From positions 70,930,001 through 70,994,000 of the forward strand of contig NC_058368.1 in the NCBI RefSeq assembly GCF_018350175.1: a stretch of 64,000 nucleotides of DNA, read 5' to 3'. Below the pieces are notes generated by a model, which was not told the origin of the DNA, did not search any database, and worked only from the letters and a program-made list of their open reading frames with translations. Source of the stretch: Felis catus. Taxonomy: Eukaryota. Shown in pieces: positions 48,347-61,745 of this stretch (the first letter of the stretch is position 1; each line of letters starts with the position of its first letter). Position numbers and translations under genes: made by a program.

Positions 48347-49789
48347 AAATTGCATTAGAAGCAGGAAAGGGCGTGCCTTCGTGGCAGATAATTGAACAGG
48401 TACCAATCACCTTACGTTTTGAGGTACATAATCCTGTGCATATCTACTGCCTGTACTAATGGTGATAATCACATGCATATCAATTACATTAACACCTTTG
48501 TCTTCTCATAAGGGTTTACACATGAAGCAATCATGTCATGTGTTTGCTTATATTGGAGAAGAGGACTGGTGTCCGGGTGGCTTGGTGGGTTGAGGAAGCA
48601 GTGCCATCCACACCCAAACGCTGGAAAGTCCAGGATGAGAGCCATTTGAGACTCTTATTTTACGTCTTTATCTCCTGCAAGAGCAGAAATACTGGGAAGA
48701 ATGTGAATGGATATAGAGGACATTTGTGATTTGCTACTGAGCATCCATTTCTCCTTTTTCAGAGATTGGCTTCTGGTTTCTGTTCCCAGCCCGTGTGGGC
48801 TGAGTGTGGCTTCAGCGCCCTCCCCGCCTCTTGGAGTCAGGGGTTCAGGGATAACCAATCCGTGGGTTGCATTCTTCTTGCTGCAGAGATTGGTTCAGGC
48901 CAGGACACGTGATTTTTGCCAGTCAGAGTGAATCTAGGAACTTACGTGGAACAAAGGGGCAGGAGTTCTTTTTTGCTGGATATTACTGGGGCAGAGGCGA
49001 ACCTGGTGCTGGAGCAGGCATCAGATCTGGGTAGCCCATTGTGTCTAGGGTCCGCCACGTGGAGCCAGAAATGAAGCCTCTGTAGAGATATCAGGACTGA
49101 GAGGCGGAGAAGAACCCAGCCCTAAGGCATTTTCTGATTCCAGAAATCCCTGACCTGAAAATACCTCTCTAAGCCGGTAAAGTCCCTCTGGGACTAAACC
49201 TGTGGGAGATGGTTTTCTGCCCCTTTTTTCAGAGATCCCTAACTGATAGAATAAATTTATCAGATCTTTTCCTGAGAACAAGTGTTCTTGGAGAAGGAGC
49301 TGCTCGCAGGGAGCAAGTGAGGGCTGGGGAGGGGTTTGATTTAGCACCAGTCACTATGGCCTCAGCCTACATTGGAGGGCCATAGCCTGCTGGCCCTGAG
49401 CATCTGAGCTCAAGTTGTGAGGAAGGTTTATTAAAAACCTTTTAAATGCAGCCTGTTTCCACTTCTCCCCTTGCCCATTATTACTTTGATGTTTATCAAA
49501 TACTCTTAATGTGTGAGTTACACATCATGGTTGAAGTGCAGTTTCTACTACGAAAATAAATGAAAAAATATATATATAGGTGCCCTCATGGTAAGACCTG
49601 TACTGCTCTGAGCCATTCTTTTATTGACATTGACAGTTGGGTGTTTGTTTTGTTTTGTTTTTCTTAGTAGACTGAATGCTACATTGGATGATTACTGATT
49701 GATTTAGGGAAAGCCAAAAGTTTTAGAAAAGAAGTAATAGAAAAAAATGTCCTTGAAGTACAATCTACTGCCATCCAGAATGAATGTTT

Positions 49790-50000
49790 CTTTTTTTTTT
49801 AAACATTTTTTTAATGTTTATTTATTTTTGAGAGAGAGAGAGGGAGAGTGGTAGCAGGGCAGAGAGAGAGGGAGACATAGAATCTGCAGCAGGCTCCAGG
49901 TTATGAGCTGTCAGCCCAGAGCCCAACATGGGGCTCAAACTATGATATCATGACCTGAGCTGAAGTCTGACGTGTATCTGACTGAGTCACCCAGGCCCCC
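49790..50000 (-). mobile_element. CanSINE
   Basis: TSD gaatgtttctt. Confidence 0.92.
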
Positions 50001-50246
50001 CAGGAAAGAATGTTTCTTAGAAAAACTAAGTGGAATTTATATGCTTTGTTTACCAAATTCTGTGTGTCAGCCAGTTTGTTGTGCCTTTTTACCTTTGTTT
50101 GTTTTCTTATTGATACTATCATTTTCTGCATATGCTGAGATTTGAGATCAGAAGTGAATGGGCCTATCCATAGAAACATCTAATAAGAGAACACAAATAA
50201 TTAAAATTTACTGTAATCTTAAAACCTCATTTTAATAATTCCCAAT

Positions 50247-50420
50247 TCTTTTTTAATGTTAATTTTTGCATGCACGCACCATTGGGGGAGGGGCAGAGAG
50301 GCGGAGAGCAGACATAGGATGGGAAGCAGGCTCTGTCCTGACAGCAGAGAGCCCAAGCTCAAACTCTCAAACCATGAGATCATGTCCTGAGTGAAAGTCG
50401 GACACTCAACTGGCTGAGTG
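50247..50420 (-). mobile_element. Degenerate CanSINE
   Basis: gagatcatgtcctgagtgaaagtcggacactcaactggctgag. Confidence 0.85.
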
Positions 50421-51703
50421 CTCCAAATTCTTTTTCTACAGGTGCTCCAAATTATTTTTCTTTTAATCAAACAAACATTAATGATAGCAGAATGTACCAC
50501 CTGTGGTTTGAAATTCACCTTTTTGGGGTGGTTTAGACTGCAGTGGGAGTTCAAATATACAATAGGATGGCTAGCAAGAAAGAGAGATGAAGTGCAAGGC
50601 ATGGCTCTTTCACAGACTAATCATCTCTTGAGCAGGTGTCTTTCACCGATGATGCGCACATGATCTCACCTGCTGCAGGTAGATATTTGTACGACAAGTG
50701 CATGCATGAATGAGCGACTAATCAGATGATTGGTCTCTGGCTGTTAGGTGTCCCAAGGACTTAAGGTACAGTGTGAGAGTTCAATTCCTTCTCCACTCTA
50801 GTCTCCATGTACTCTTCCCTCTGCCCAGCATTGTCCAAGTCTCTCCAGGACCGTCATTCCTATGGAGGCCTTCTAGAACCACAGAGACTCAGCGATTTTC
50901 CAGACTCTCTTCTATATGTGCTACATGTCCTTCCCTTCCCTAACACACATCACACCTCTAACAGTTGTGCAGTGCTTCCTGTCTTCCATACTAGATTAGA
51001 AGTCCCACTGGGGAAGGGATTGCCTCTGGATGCCCAGCACAGGCCTCCCCATGCCACTTTCTGTGGAGGTAGAGGTGACACAACTGTGGTGGACATACCC
51101 TTTTCTGACGTTGAACATCAGATGATTAGTTCCGGGAACCTAGTCTGACACAGGGCTATCTGACTAGGCCAATGCAGGGCAATTCCATTCTTATTGTCAG
51201 TGATCTCTTTTCACAGACAATGAGATGGAGAACGGCTTGCTGAGGGTTTCTAGTAAAGTTTTCCTTGCTTTTAAAAGAAAACCATGGCAACTCAGTCTTT
51301 CTTTCCTGCTAATAGTGACAAAGGGGCATATTTTACAGTTACTACAAAGGCAACATTGTGGGTGTAAAGTGGGTACAGAAGAAATGGGCATCCTTGACAC
51401 TGCTGAGCTGAAAGGCTCCTCTACCACCGGACATTGTCACACAACTGTCCTTGGTGTTTAATTGAGCCAGTCTGAACTGAATTTTCTATTCTCTGCGGTC
51501 TAATGTATCCTAACTTATATGGAAAACAGAAGTGCTTTGGAGCCAGGTGCATTGACTTTGATTCTTCTTATAGGTGTGAACGTAGCCCTGATTTTCTTAA
51601 CATAAGGTGGGGAAAGTAATACTTCTCACATGAGGGTTGATGTGTGGCTTAAATTATGTCTGTAACAGAGTGCCTAAAACAGATTAAGTACTTGACAAAT
51701 GTT

Positions 51704-51838
51704 CTTTCTTTTTCTTTTTTTAATTGAAGTGTAGTTGACATACAGTGTTACATTAGTTTCAGGTGTACAACATAGTGATCTGACAATTTATATATTATGC
51801 AATGCTTACCATGCTAAGTGTAGTTATCATCTGTGACT
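51704..51838 (-). mobile_element. Truncated L1 3' end
   Basis: ttaattgaagtgtagttgacatacagtgttacattagtttcaggtgtacaacatagtgat, flanked by acaaatgtt. Confidence 0.8.
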
Positions 51839-52889
51839 ACACTCAACAAATGTTACTTCTTCCATTTAGGAGATGTTTTACATGTTGATCTTGGGGGTCC
51901 AATAGGTTCAATTAATGAATAGTGAAATGAATAACCCCAGGTCCTTTGCACGTGAAACGGCAAGTAGTTTCTAATCTAGCACAGCAGTCAGACATTCATA
52001 GTCATAATTACAGTAGGGTTCGACGGCAGTCCTAATTGGAGAACATGTCCTGCTAATGGAAGGTAAGAGTACCAGTCAGACCACATCTGATAGCTGGAGT
52101 TCAGGTCTTGAAGCCATAGACTAGAGTACGAGGACCAGTTGAAGATGCTGAGGATGTTGTTAAATCTGAATAAAGAAGATCCAAACCCAGAAAAGACTTC
52201 AAACAGAGGAGGGAATGAAATTGTTCTGTGCTGTTGCAGAGGGCAGAATAAGGACAGACTCCATCAGCAAATGACTCAGATACAGATTTTCCCTCAACGG
52301 GAGAGAGAACTGAGGAAGGATTGGCAGTGGATAAATGTGAGAGAGCAAGTGCCCATCAACAGGGCAGAGGCTTGCCTGGGTCCTCATCACAAGATGTCTC
52401 TGGCAGGAGCTTGGACCTCCTGGCCCACAAACGCTCTTGCAAAGATCTGGATTTGGTGTTCACCTGTTCAGTTAAACTCTTATTTGGACTCTGGCAGGTG
52501 GATTCAGAGGCCTTTTCTGTTGGTTTTGCAGTTAATATTGTTTAGCTGATTTCCCTCTAGCCTTTTTAAAAAAATTTGCTCCTCTGCTGTCACCATGACC
52601 ACAACCCACTCCATTGTCCACACTGACATCTCACCTCTGATTGTTTTTTCCACACTCCCTTGATGACCAGGATCACTCTGTACCCACAGGCAGAGTGATG
52701 GGATTTGTGCAGCTGTAGTGCAGTTTGTGGGGAACTTAAAGGGCTACGTGCCCTATAGTCTTTCTGTCTTCCCAGCCACAATCCCTGAAATTTTCCCATT
52801 TTCTTTATCTTCACCTAAGGCATTACTTCTAGAAAGTAATTGGTAAATTATTAACACATAATCTGGGAGGTATACTAATGCCATATTCT

Positions 52890-53480
52890 TTTTTAGAATT
52901 ATGGTGAAATATGCATAACGTAAAATTTACTGTTTTAGCCATTTTTTAGTACATTCAGTGGCATTGAACACATTCACAACATTAAGTGCAGCCATCACCG
53001 CCATCAGTCTCTAGAACTTTGTCATCATCCCCAGAACTTTGTCGTCATCCCCAACTGAAACTCTGTACTCATTAAACACTCTTTATTCTGTCTTCCCCCA
53101 GCCCTTGCTATCCACTCTTCTACTTTCTGTCTCCGTGAATTTGTCTAGTGTAGGTACCACATGTAAGTGGATTCATACAGTATCTGTCCTTTTATGACTG
53201 GCTTCAAGGTTCATCCATGTTGTATCATATCAGAATTTCCTGTTTTAAAAACTGAATAATATCCCATTGTGTGGATGTACCACATTTTGTTTATCTGTTG
53301 ATGGACACGTGGATTGTTTCTCTATCTTTTGGCTATTGTGAATAATGCTTCTGGGAACATGGGTGTATGATATCTGTTCGAGTCCCTGCTTTCATTTTTG
53401 GATATTTACTCAGCAGGGGAATTGCTGGATCATATAATAGTAACTCTATGTTTAACTTGGGAACAAATTGCCAGACTGTT
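52890..53480 (-). mobile_element. L1MB-like 3' end
   Basis: ggtgaaatatgcataacgtaaaatttac...ggctattgtgaataatgct...ggaattgctggatcatat. Confidence 0.88.
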
Positions 53481-54552
53481 ACTATTATATATTTTTCAAA
53501 AACCATATATTAACTAAGGAGAAAAGAACAAGTTCATTTGATGAGAGAATCAGAAAGTGTAAGTGCCCAGATCCTATTGAGCTCTGGAAGTCATAGATAA
53601 AAAAGAATAAAAAGTGCAGGAAACACTCTTACTGAGAAAGAGAGAGGTATGGAGGTACTCTGTGACCAGTGTTGATCCTGCAGCCACTGGCGACTAAAGC
53701 TGGAAGGAAGGAGGGGTGAGGCAGAGAGGGCTGGGGGAGACACTGTAGAGTGCCTGCAGACTGTATCTAGCTATTTTTGCATCCATTAACTTATTTAATC
53801 ATCAAAGCAACCCAGCAAGTACCCTTATTTTTAATGGACAAGTTTTGTCAGCTACTTCAAATTTTAATTTTTATTGCTTTTACCAACAGCAAAGAATATT
53901 TTTTAAAGGGAAGAAATCATTTTGAATCCACCAATCTCTCACAAAATTCACTTTAGTACTTCCCTGTTCTTTTTCAGGCTTTGTCCATTTGCAGCCATAA
54001 TTTTTACATGATTGCATAGTTATAATTTTATATTCTCCTTTTTTATTGCTACAGAATTTTTGTATTTATTATTTTAATGGATGTGTAATATGCTTCAAGT
54101 GGTTTCATTTCAGTTCAGTTAACCATTTCCCTATTGCTGAATATTTAGGTTGTCTCCAGTTTTTCACGACAGTTTTATAGCTATTATATAATTGTATTAT
54201 ATAATTAGTATATAACTTAAAATTTTATAACTTTAGCAGTAAAGAGCTTCATTTATATAAGTTTTTCCTCTGTAGATTATATTTCTTTAGAATACATTTT
54301 AGGACTAGGATTACCGGATCAATAGGTAGAAACATTTTTATGGCTTTGCTTATGCATTGTCAAAATATTTTACAGAAGGGATATACAAAAAATTATTTTT
54401 GAAAGATTGATAATACCTTTTCAGCAGCACTGTTGGAATGTACCAGTGTGTCTATGTTATTATTTATTTTAACTTTGTTTTACTCTTTGGTCCTGTAAAA
54501 TTACACTTGGGTAGCATTAAAGTGTCTGTAAGAATTGGAACCCCCGGCACCC

Positions 54553-55015
54553 AGCAGCATTATTCACAAGAGCCAAGAAGTAAAAGTAACAATGTTCATG
54601 GGTGATAAATGAATTTAAAAAATGTAGTGTGTCCATACAATGAAACAGTGTTCAGCCTTTAAAAATGAAGGAAATTCTGACACATGCTACAACAGGTATG
54701 AATCTTAAAAGACATGCTAAGTGACGATGACCCAGTCACAAAAGGACAAATACTGTATGATCCCACCTAGAGTAGTCAAATTCATAGAGACAGAAAGTAG
54801 AATGGTGGTCGCCAGGGCCCGCAGGGAAGGCGGAAGGGGAGTTACTGTTTAATGGGTATGAAGTGTCAATTTGAGAAAATAAAAAAAGCTCTGGGGATGG
54901 ATGGTGGTGATGACTGCACAACTATGTGAATGTACTTAATGTACCACTAAAATGCATGCCAAAAAATAGCTGAAGCGGTAAATTTTATGTCAGGTATATT
55001 TTACCAAAATAAAAT
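54553..55015 (+). mobile_element. L1MB-like 3' end
   Basis: agcagcattattcacaagagcc...aaggaaattctgacacatgctacaac...ggtaaattttatgt. Confidence 0.88.
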
Positions 55016-55649
55016 ATTTTTTTAAAAATTGGGACCCAACCAAGAACATGAAGAACATGGAAAGAGATCAGTTTGAAAAACGTTAGCGGCAATGTGGGCA
55101 AGAAGGTTGCAACTCAAAGCAGAGGTAAGAATTAAGTTAGATTGTAATTTAGACTCAAGAAAACCAATTCTATCCAAAGGGCATGAACTTCAAGTTCCCT
55201 GTTGTCATGGCAACCATAAGAGGGCTCAGGATCCTCTTGGCAGAGGAAAAATCACCTGGGCCTGTGTACTTGAAGATCTTTGGCCTATAAGCAACCTCAG
55301 TTCCCAGAGTATCAGCAATTTATAGATTCACAAGCACTACTGAAGTATTTAGGGAGGTTTGGCTTGCTCAGTCAAGTATTTGAAGCACTTAAGAAAAAGA
55401 AGATATTAAATCGTAAATACAGTTTTCAAAGTTTAAGAGAATTTAATAAAGTTTTAAATAGCACCATTGCAATTTGAATTTATTTAAATCTATTCAATTT
55501 GAACTAATCCATTTTATTTATAAACAGGATAATAAGATTATAGGCTGAATTCAAAGGCCTAAGGAAAATAGATTTCTGAATTGATAATTTTTAAAACCAA
55601 AATAGCCATCATGGTCTTTTCTGTGCACAAAAGCTGTCCTCAGACATTA

Positions 55650-55753
55650 GGGACACCTGATTGGCTCAGTCGTAAGAGCATGCAATTCTTAATTTTGGAG
55701 TCGTGAGCTCGAGCCCCAGGTTGGGTGTAGAGATTACTTTAAAAAAAAAAAAA
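55650..55753 (+). mobile_element. Short CanSINE
   Basis: TSD aaaagctgYcctcagacatta. Confidence 0.88.
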
Positions 55754-57029
55754 AAAAGCTGCCCTCAGACATTAAAAGAAGCTCATATTGACACTTCCAA
55801 TCCCATACTTCCTACTCCACAGCATAGTTACTGATTTATCTGTGGCTCTCTTTCATTAATGCATAAGCTCCTTGAGGCCACAACTGCATTTCTGTCCCAA
55901 GCACCTAGGACAGCTCCAGACACACAGAGGGCACTCTCCCAATGGTTGAAGGAGATGGGTTAGGGAGAAAAGATATGCTTGAATTTATCCAGGTGCTTGT
56001 TAATTTTGTAATCACACACCTCCCAGATACCTGCAACAACTTCTGTTTTGATATCTATGTGGAATTTTCTAGATGAAGCCATCCACTTATTTTAATAGAT
56101 TACCATGGCAATATAGTTAAAAAAAGAAATTATGAGAACGATTATTTATTTTATTTTACCCCTAGGAACCTTATGCAGTAGCGTCTACACAATGGGTGTC
56201 CAGTCTATATTTGCCCACATACTCTCCTAAAAGCAAAAGGTTACTTTTGTGATACATCCTTTTGCAAATGGCCAGTGTCACACAGAAGACCATCCTCTGC
56301 CATACTGGGCTTAAGATAACATCTCTGAAGTCCAGAGGCACTACATTTAGATAAAAGCGTCAAGATTTCAAGTTTGGTAACAAAGAGAGGCCTCCCAAAG
56401 CATCTTGTGCAAGTTGGAGAAGAAACGCCCTTTTCCTGAGACAGGAGCCATGTCTTCACGCATGGCTTGCTCCTTTGGCGCCTTTCCCCTCATGGTGGGA
56501 CAGATCCTGAAGTGAAGAAAAGGACGGCTGTAGGCCCTTGGCTGTCATGCTGTTAGTGATTAGCTGTTTGCAGCAATTATGCCCTTCTATCCAGGGTGTG
56601 ACGGCTGGCACCTCTGGTAATGAGATGGTTTCCAGGGCTTGCGTGTTTAAGGCTCTGCTGGCTTCCTCTTGGCCTTCGCTTGCTGCTCTCCTTGGCAGCT
56701 TCAGAGTTTACTGACATTATTACCAATGTGACATGTTCCTCTTGGCCAACAAGAAAACTCAGGAAAGACATGCCAGTCTGCTATCAGAGAGGGCTCTTGG
56801 AGCTTCAGGAGAGAAACGTCAAGCTGAATATAGCCTCCACAACCAACTCCAGGGAGTGGAGACACTGGCTCACTCTTCCAGACTCTCAAGAATACCCCAT
56901 GCCTGAGTTTTTGCCAGCAAGTGGTATTTCTACACTGGAGTAACATAGGAGGTTTTTTTTTTTTTTTCTTACATAGGAATAACAGTGAGGTTGTCATAGT
57001 GGCTACATAAGTGATTGAGTAACTCATCA

Positions 57030-57660
57030 ATAATTATTGAGGAACTACTATCTGGGAATGCCAGGCTAGCACTGGAAATGATAACGGTGAGCAAACAAAT
57101 TCAGCCCCTCCCCTCACAGAGCTAATGAGCCAATGAGATACAAGACATCAGCCCATCGGTTGCTGATGTAACAAATTGTAGATTGTGATAGGTGATGAGA
57201 AGGCAAAATACAGAGCGCTGTGAGAATAGAAAACAGGACCCCAGGCTGGAGAAAAATGGTGTTTGAACTGGGATCTGAAGGGCTGAATGGGAGATAACTA
57301 GACTAAGGACAGAATCCAGGGGGAAATGGAGCAGAGAAAGAGCCTTTGGGGCAGGAAGAGAGATGTATGTAAAGGCCCAGGAGAAGCAGGAAGCCTCTGA
57401 GGTGGCCAGTGAGGCCAGAGTGCCCCAAGCCTGGGGGTTGTGCAGGGTGAGGCTAGAAAGGGGACAGGGGCAGTTGATGCAGGACCAAGGGCCACGGTAA
57501 AGACTGTATATGTATTCTAAAAGTAATAGAAGGCCACCAGGGGTTCTAAACACAGAGATAGGTGTCTTATAAAATAGCATTCTGTATGCAGTGGAGTGTA
57601 TTGGAGCTGGGAAAGAGGGGATGGGGAGGCCATCCACTTGCTGTCACCATGGTTAGTGAG
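57030..57660 (-). mobile_element. L2 fragment
   Basis: ttattgaggaactacta...gtgagcaaacaaattcagcccctcccctcacagagct...tttgaactgggatctgaagg. Confidence 0.7.
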
Positions 57661-58889
57661 AAGAAATCAGGGTGCTGAGGAGCATAAAAGACATGGGAGA
57701 CCAGCTTCTCTTTCCTTCCTTTCTTCCTTCCTCTCCAAACCTACCCACCCGGATTGCTCCAAAAGACATAAATGGATTCTTTTTCTTAGAAGACCTTTAT
57801 GGTTTTCTAAGTAAAATTCTATCCTCCTGTCCCTATGGGGGAATTCCTCAAAGAAACAGATGCATACAATTCTATGCCAGATGAAAAATTTTAGGAAAGC
57901 CATGTTCCAGTTCTAAAGGAGCAAAGGGCCTCCTCACAAACACAGCATACCTTCCTATGTCACTCCAAAACTCCTCCATCCAGGCCCATTAGAACCCCCA
58001 AAGTGATCTGATTTCCATCAATCCCAAAGCCAGCCAAGCAAGGTCACGTTTATAGGACTCCCTCCCGGCGATAGTCCAGAAAACAATAAAAACAGATGCA
58101 AGCCCTGCTGTGGTACAGAAGCCCACTTTGGAAACCAGGGGGTCAAGTGCCCATTATCCAGGTAAGCAGGCTCTCCCTGGGAGACCAGAAGTGCACGTCG
58201 ACATGCCAAGTGGAGAGGGGCTGGAAATCACAGGGGCCGCCTGGGAAAGGAGGCCTCAGCCAGGCAGTACTAATAAAACCGGACAATGCCACAGAGCTGG
58301 CGTGGCTAAGCCAGGAGTGAGGGAAGGATGGACTGGGGGAAGGGCCTCCCTTCCTCCAAAATCAATGTCCCTGTTAACTTGGGCAGAAGAAAATCTGACA
58401 GCCCTGGAAACCTGCCCATCCGATGAGAAGGAGGAAGCTGAGAAGCAGTTGGAGCCAGAGAAAGCCCAGAGATGCAGGCACGATCAGTTGCCCGTTGGGG
58501 ACCTGGTGGCAAGCCCTCTCTGCTCAGCTTTTACTGAAGCCCAAGAGGACAGGTGCTGCTGCCAGTCCCCACCACGACCTCCCCAGCTGCCTCATAACGC
58601 ACCTGCCCCTCCAGTGATCCCAGCGGGATCTGTTTCATAAAAAAATCCAAGAAACAAACAGGGCAGCCAGCTTCTGAACTTAAGCTCCCTAAGGTCTGTC
58701 CAGTGTGGGACCATTCCATTTTGTTATCTGGGATGTAAGTGAGAGGCAGTGGGAATAACTAAAGTCTACCGAAAAAATCTTGACAAGGAGAATCTAGTGA
58801 AAAACCATTCTTTTGCTGAGAAAGTGATTGATACTATCCAGCTGGTTCATGGTATTTAAGGCCACCCACGTGAAAAAAGTAGTATGAGT

Positions 58890-59178
58890 CCACAGTCCTT
58901 TTTTCACGATTCCAAATCCAGAGAGCTCTGAAAACCAAAAGTTTTATCATAAATTTGCAACCAACGTACTCAGCAGCAAAACCTGACCTAAACTGATGTA
59001 ACACTGTGTGTAGACTCCATCACCTTAACCTGACTAGCCCTACATTTTGCTCTAGGCTTTGGGGAGGAGCCAAATAGACTATCTGGATACTGTCCTACCT
59101 TTCTAAAGTCCAAAAAAATGCTTCATTCCAAAATACCTCTGTCTCCAAGATTTTCTAAGAAAGGATTATAAACTTGTA
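58890..59178. mobile_element. Possible Tigger-type DNA transposon relic
   Basis: attccaaatccagagagctctgaaaacc...ccaagattttctaagaaaggattataaacttgta resembles Tigger/MER46-type ends. Confidence 0.4.
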
Positions 59179-60464
59179 TTGTTATGGGCTTGAGGCTCTG
59201 TGGTCCAGTAGACAAATGGGAAATCCGAGAGCAGACTCAGTCAAGACCTTTGCATTATAAATATTTCATATATAGATGTTTAGGTTGATGGAATTACAGA
59301 AATACCCTCTTGTGTAGCCTGAGTCCAGATTTCAGTAGAGACCGCATGAAGTGAAAAAAAGCAAGGATTTGGAAGTCAGAAGGAGTGTGGGTTATTGTTA
59401 ATGATCCATGTGGCCTGGAAAAGAGTTTTCTCCTCCCTGTATCTCATCAATAAAATGAAGGAATTGGACAAGCTGATCCCTAAGGACACTTTCTGTTTTT
59501 GGATTCCATAGCTCTATGAACTACCTGTGGAAGGGATAAGGTGCTGGGTAGCAAGAAGCTCAAAATAGGCTTCCAGGTGGGAAAAGCAAGAACACGGTTG
59601 CATGTTCCAGTACATCAATAGGAATGGAAATAACACAAGATGGTCAACGGGGGTTCAGCTAATCACGCCACCATTTATGGGACTATTCACATACCCTCGG
59701 TGACTGGGTGATCAATACACCCAGGACCCTGGATGGTAACAGGCCTGGCACTGAGTGAGGCTGAGAAGAATCCCTGTTGTGCCGAGGCTGTGACATTGCA
59801 TTCTGCTGAAATCAATTTGGCTCCGTTTCATGCGTACCTAGCAGATTTACCAGATTGTGAAAATGAATGTTTTCTATGCGCGTGGCTGATTTTTGCATGC
59901 ATCTGTTCACTCATCTAAACCTTAGTTACATGCTGCTAGGAGAATGAAAGGCTATAATTTCTTCTTTTTGAAGCAAGAGTGGTAAAGGCACCATGATTTC
60001 TGCTTTACAATTCTGAGCCAAAACGCTGAACCACTTTTCTTCTTTTTGTCTCAGGACAAGAAAAAAAAAAAAAACAAACAAGTGATATAGCTGTCTTTTC
60101 TTCTGGATTTGCAAATGATCCTGACCTTAATGGGAGTTCAGTGCCTGAGAACATGGTCTTCAGAATATAAATATCCAGTGGAATGCAAACATGAGTATTT
60201 AACTATATCATTTTCATGTGACATTAATAAGCCCTTACTGGCTTGTCACGTTTCCATTTTAGATGACAGTGCTTCCTTCAGATGTCAGTGGTCAAGTGCA
60301 AGAACAGTAATACTAGTATTTACTTAGTACTTTGCATTTCTGGGATGCTTTTATCGCTCTTAATTAGTAAACCACAATAATTTCTGCTCCATAGCTTAGT
60401 ACTAGTCTTCAGTATTCATGAGGACAATATGCTCTAGTGACTAATGAATAGGATGGACTTTTCA

Positions 60465-60645
60465 ATCAAGCAGACTCAGATTTGGGCTCTCACTTACTGG
60501 GTGTCTGACCCTTGGCAAGCCTCTGTGTCCTCATCTGTAAAATCAGGATAGTCACAGGCTTATCACACAGAGTGGGTATGAGGATTAAATCAGAATGTGC
60601 ATGTTAATTGCATAAGCTAGTGCCTGGCTTATAAGTGCTCAATAT
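60465..60645 (+). mobile_element. MIR fragment
   Basis: tgacccttggcaag...tcctcatctgtaaaatcaggata...tgaggattaaat. Confidence 0.75.
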
Positions 60646-61487
60646 ATCTCACCTGTAAATTAGACAACGGCCACTTTGCTGTCCCCATGTCCTCCAGCTT
60701 CTGGAAAGCACACCATAGCACAATAAACTATTTAAAATAGAACAATCCATAGGCTACTGTCATCGACCAAAGTCCCACCACCTTTCTAACTCCCCACCCC
60801 CTCTCTTTCTCAAACTGCTAGAACTTCTTCATTCTTCTTACTTTATTTAGCAGAGAAGTTTGGTTTTCTTTGTTTCACTCCTAGTCCATCCCAGCCTCAC
60901 CCTCAGGGCAGTCTTACCACTAGCAACTAACCCAAACAATTTATTTCTTTTTAACTGAACAGAAGTAGTTCTTTCTACCCTTTCTACCCTTAGTCTTTCT
61001 GTGCTAACTATATTGGTGGTTATTAAAATAATACTTTTTAGAAAGATAATTTCCTTCCTGATAATTCTGACGCTGGCCTTTAAGTTGCCGGTTCCTCCCT
61101 CTTCATCATGTAGATATTATGGGTTACCGCAAGCCCTGGTTCAAGGGCTACCAAAGCCCTGGCGAAAGTAAGGCAAAAGTCACAGAGTCAGAAACAGAGA
61201 CTGAACTCAGAGAATATGAATTGAGCCTCCTAGATGTTTCTTTATCCCAAAGAATAAAGGTTTCCCCTTTCAAATGTTAAAATAAAAGGTAGCGAGCAAG
61301 AGAGTAAGCCAGGGTGGGCCTCCTGAGGCACAGGTTTCTCCAGTGGCCTCAGGGACAGCATCCTACCTGGATTAATCCACTCTGCCTTTTGGGGAGGCAC
61401 TTCAGACCTGATTGCTGCCAGATCATTTAGGGTTACCCCATGGAACAGCTGTGAGGAGCAGTATTCCCAAGAATAAAGATACAGCTC

Positions 61488-61745
61488 GTGTGTGTGTGCA
61501 TGTATATGAATGTGTTGTGTGTGTGGATGGTGTGTGTGTGTGTGTGTGTGTGTGTGGACTGGGATGTACAGGTGTGTGTGTGGATAGTGTGGATGTGTGG
61601 ATGATATATGTGTGGGGGTGGGTTTATAGGGGTGTGCGTGTGTGTGTGTATGTTATGTGTATAGGTGTGTAGATGGCATGTGGGTTGGTGCATATAGGTG
61701 CGTGTGTGTGTGTGTGTGTGTGTGTGTATCTGTGTGTGTTGTGCA
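61488..61745. repeat. Interrupted TG-rich simple repeat
   Basis: About 260 bp of degenerate (TG)n with two pure runs. Confidence 0.92.

Noticed and set aside
47990..48490. CRISPR-like repeat/spacer appearance
   Set aside because: Mammalian intron, short degenerate repeats and no cas genes; kept only as a degenerate tandem array.
55650..55740. tRNA-like A/B-box sequences here and in other SINE heads
   Set aside because: They are tRNA-derived CanSINE heads with A tails and TSDs, not tRNA genes.
57122..57637. 171-aa minus-strand ORF
   Set aside because: Lies within a decayed L2 fragment.
58110..58640. Longest ORF in the track (176 aa)
   Set aside because: No true ATG start, no protein family I recognise, no convincing splice structure, and not CLYBL exon 3; consistent with chance in a GC-richer patch.
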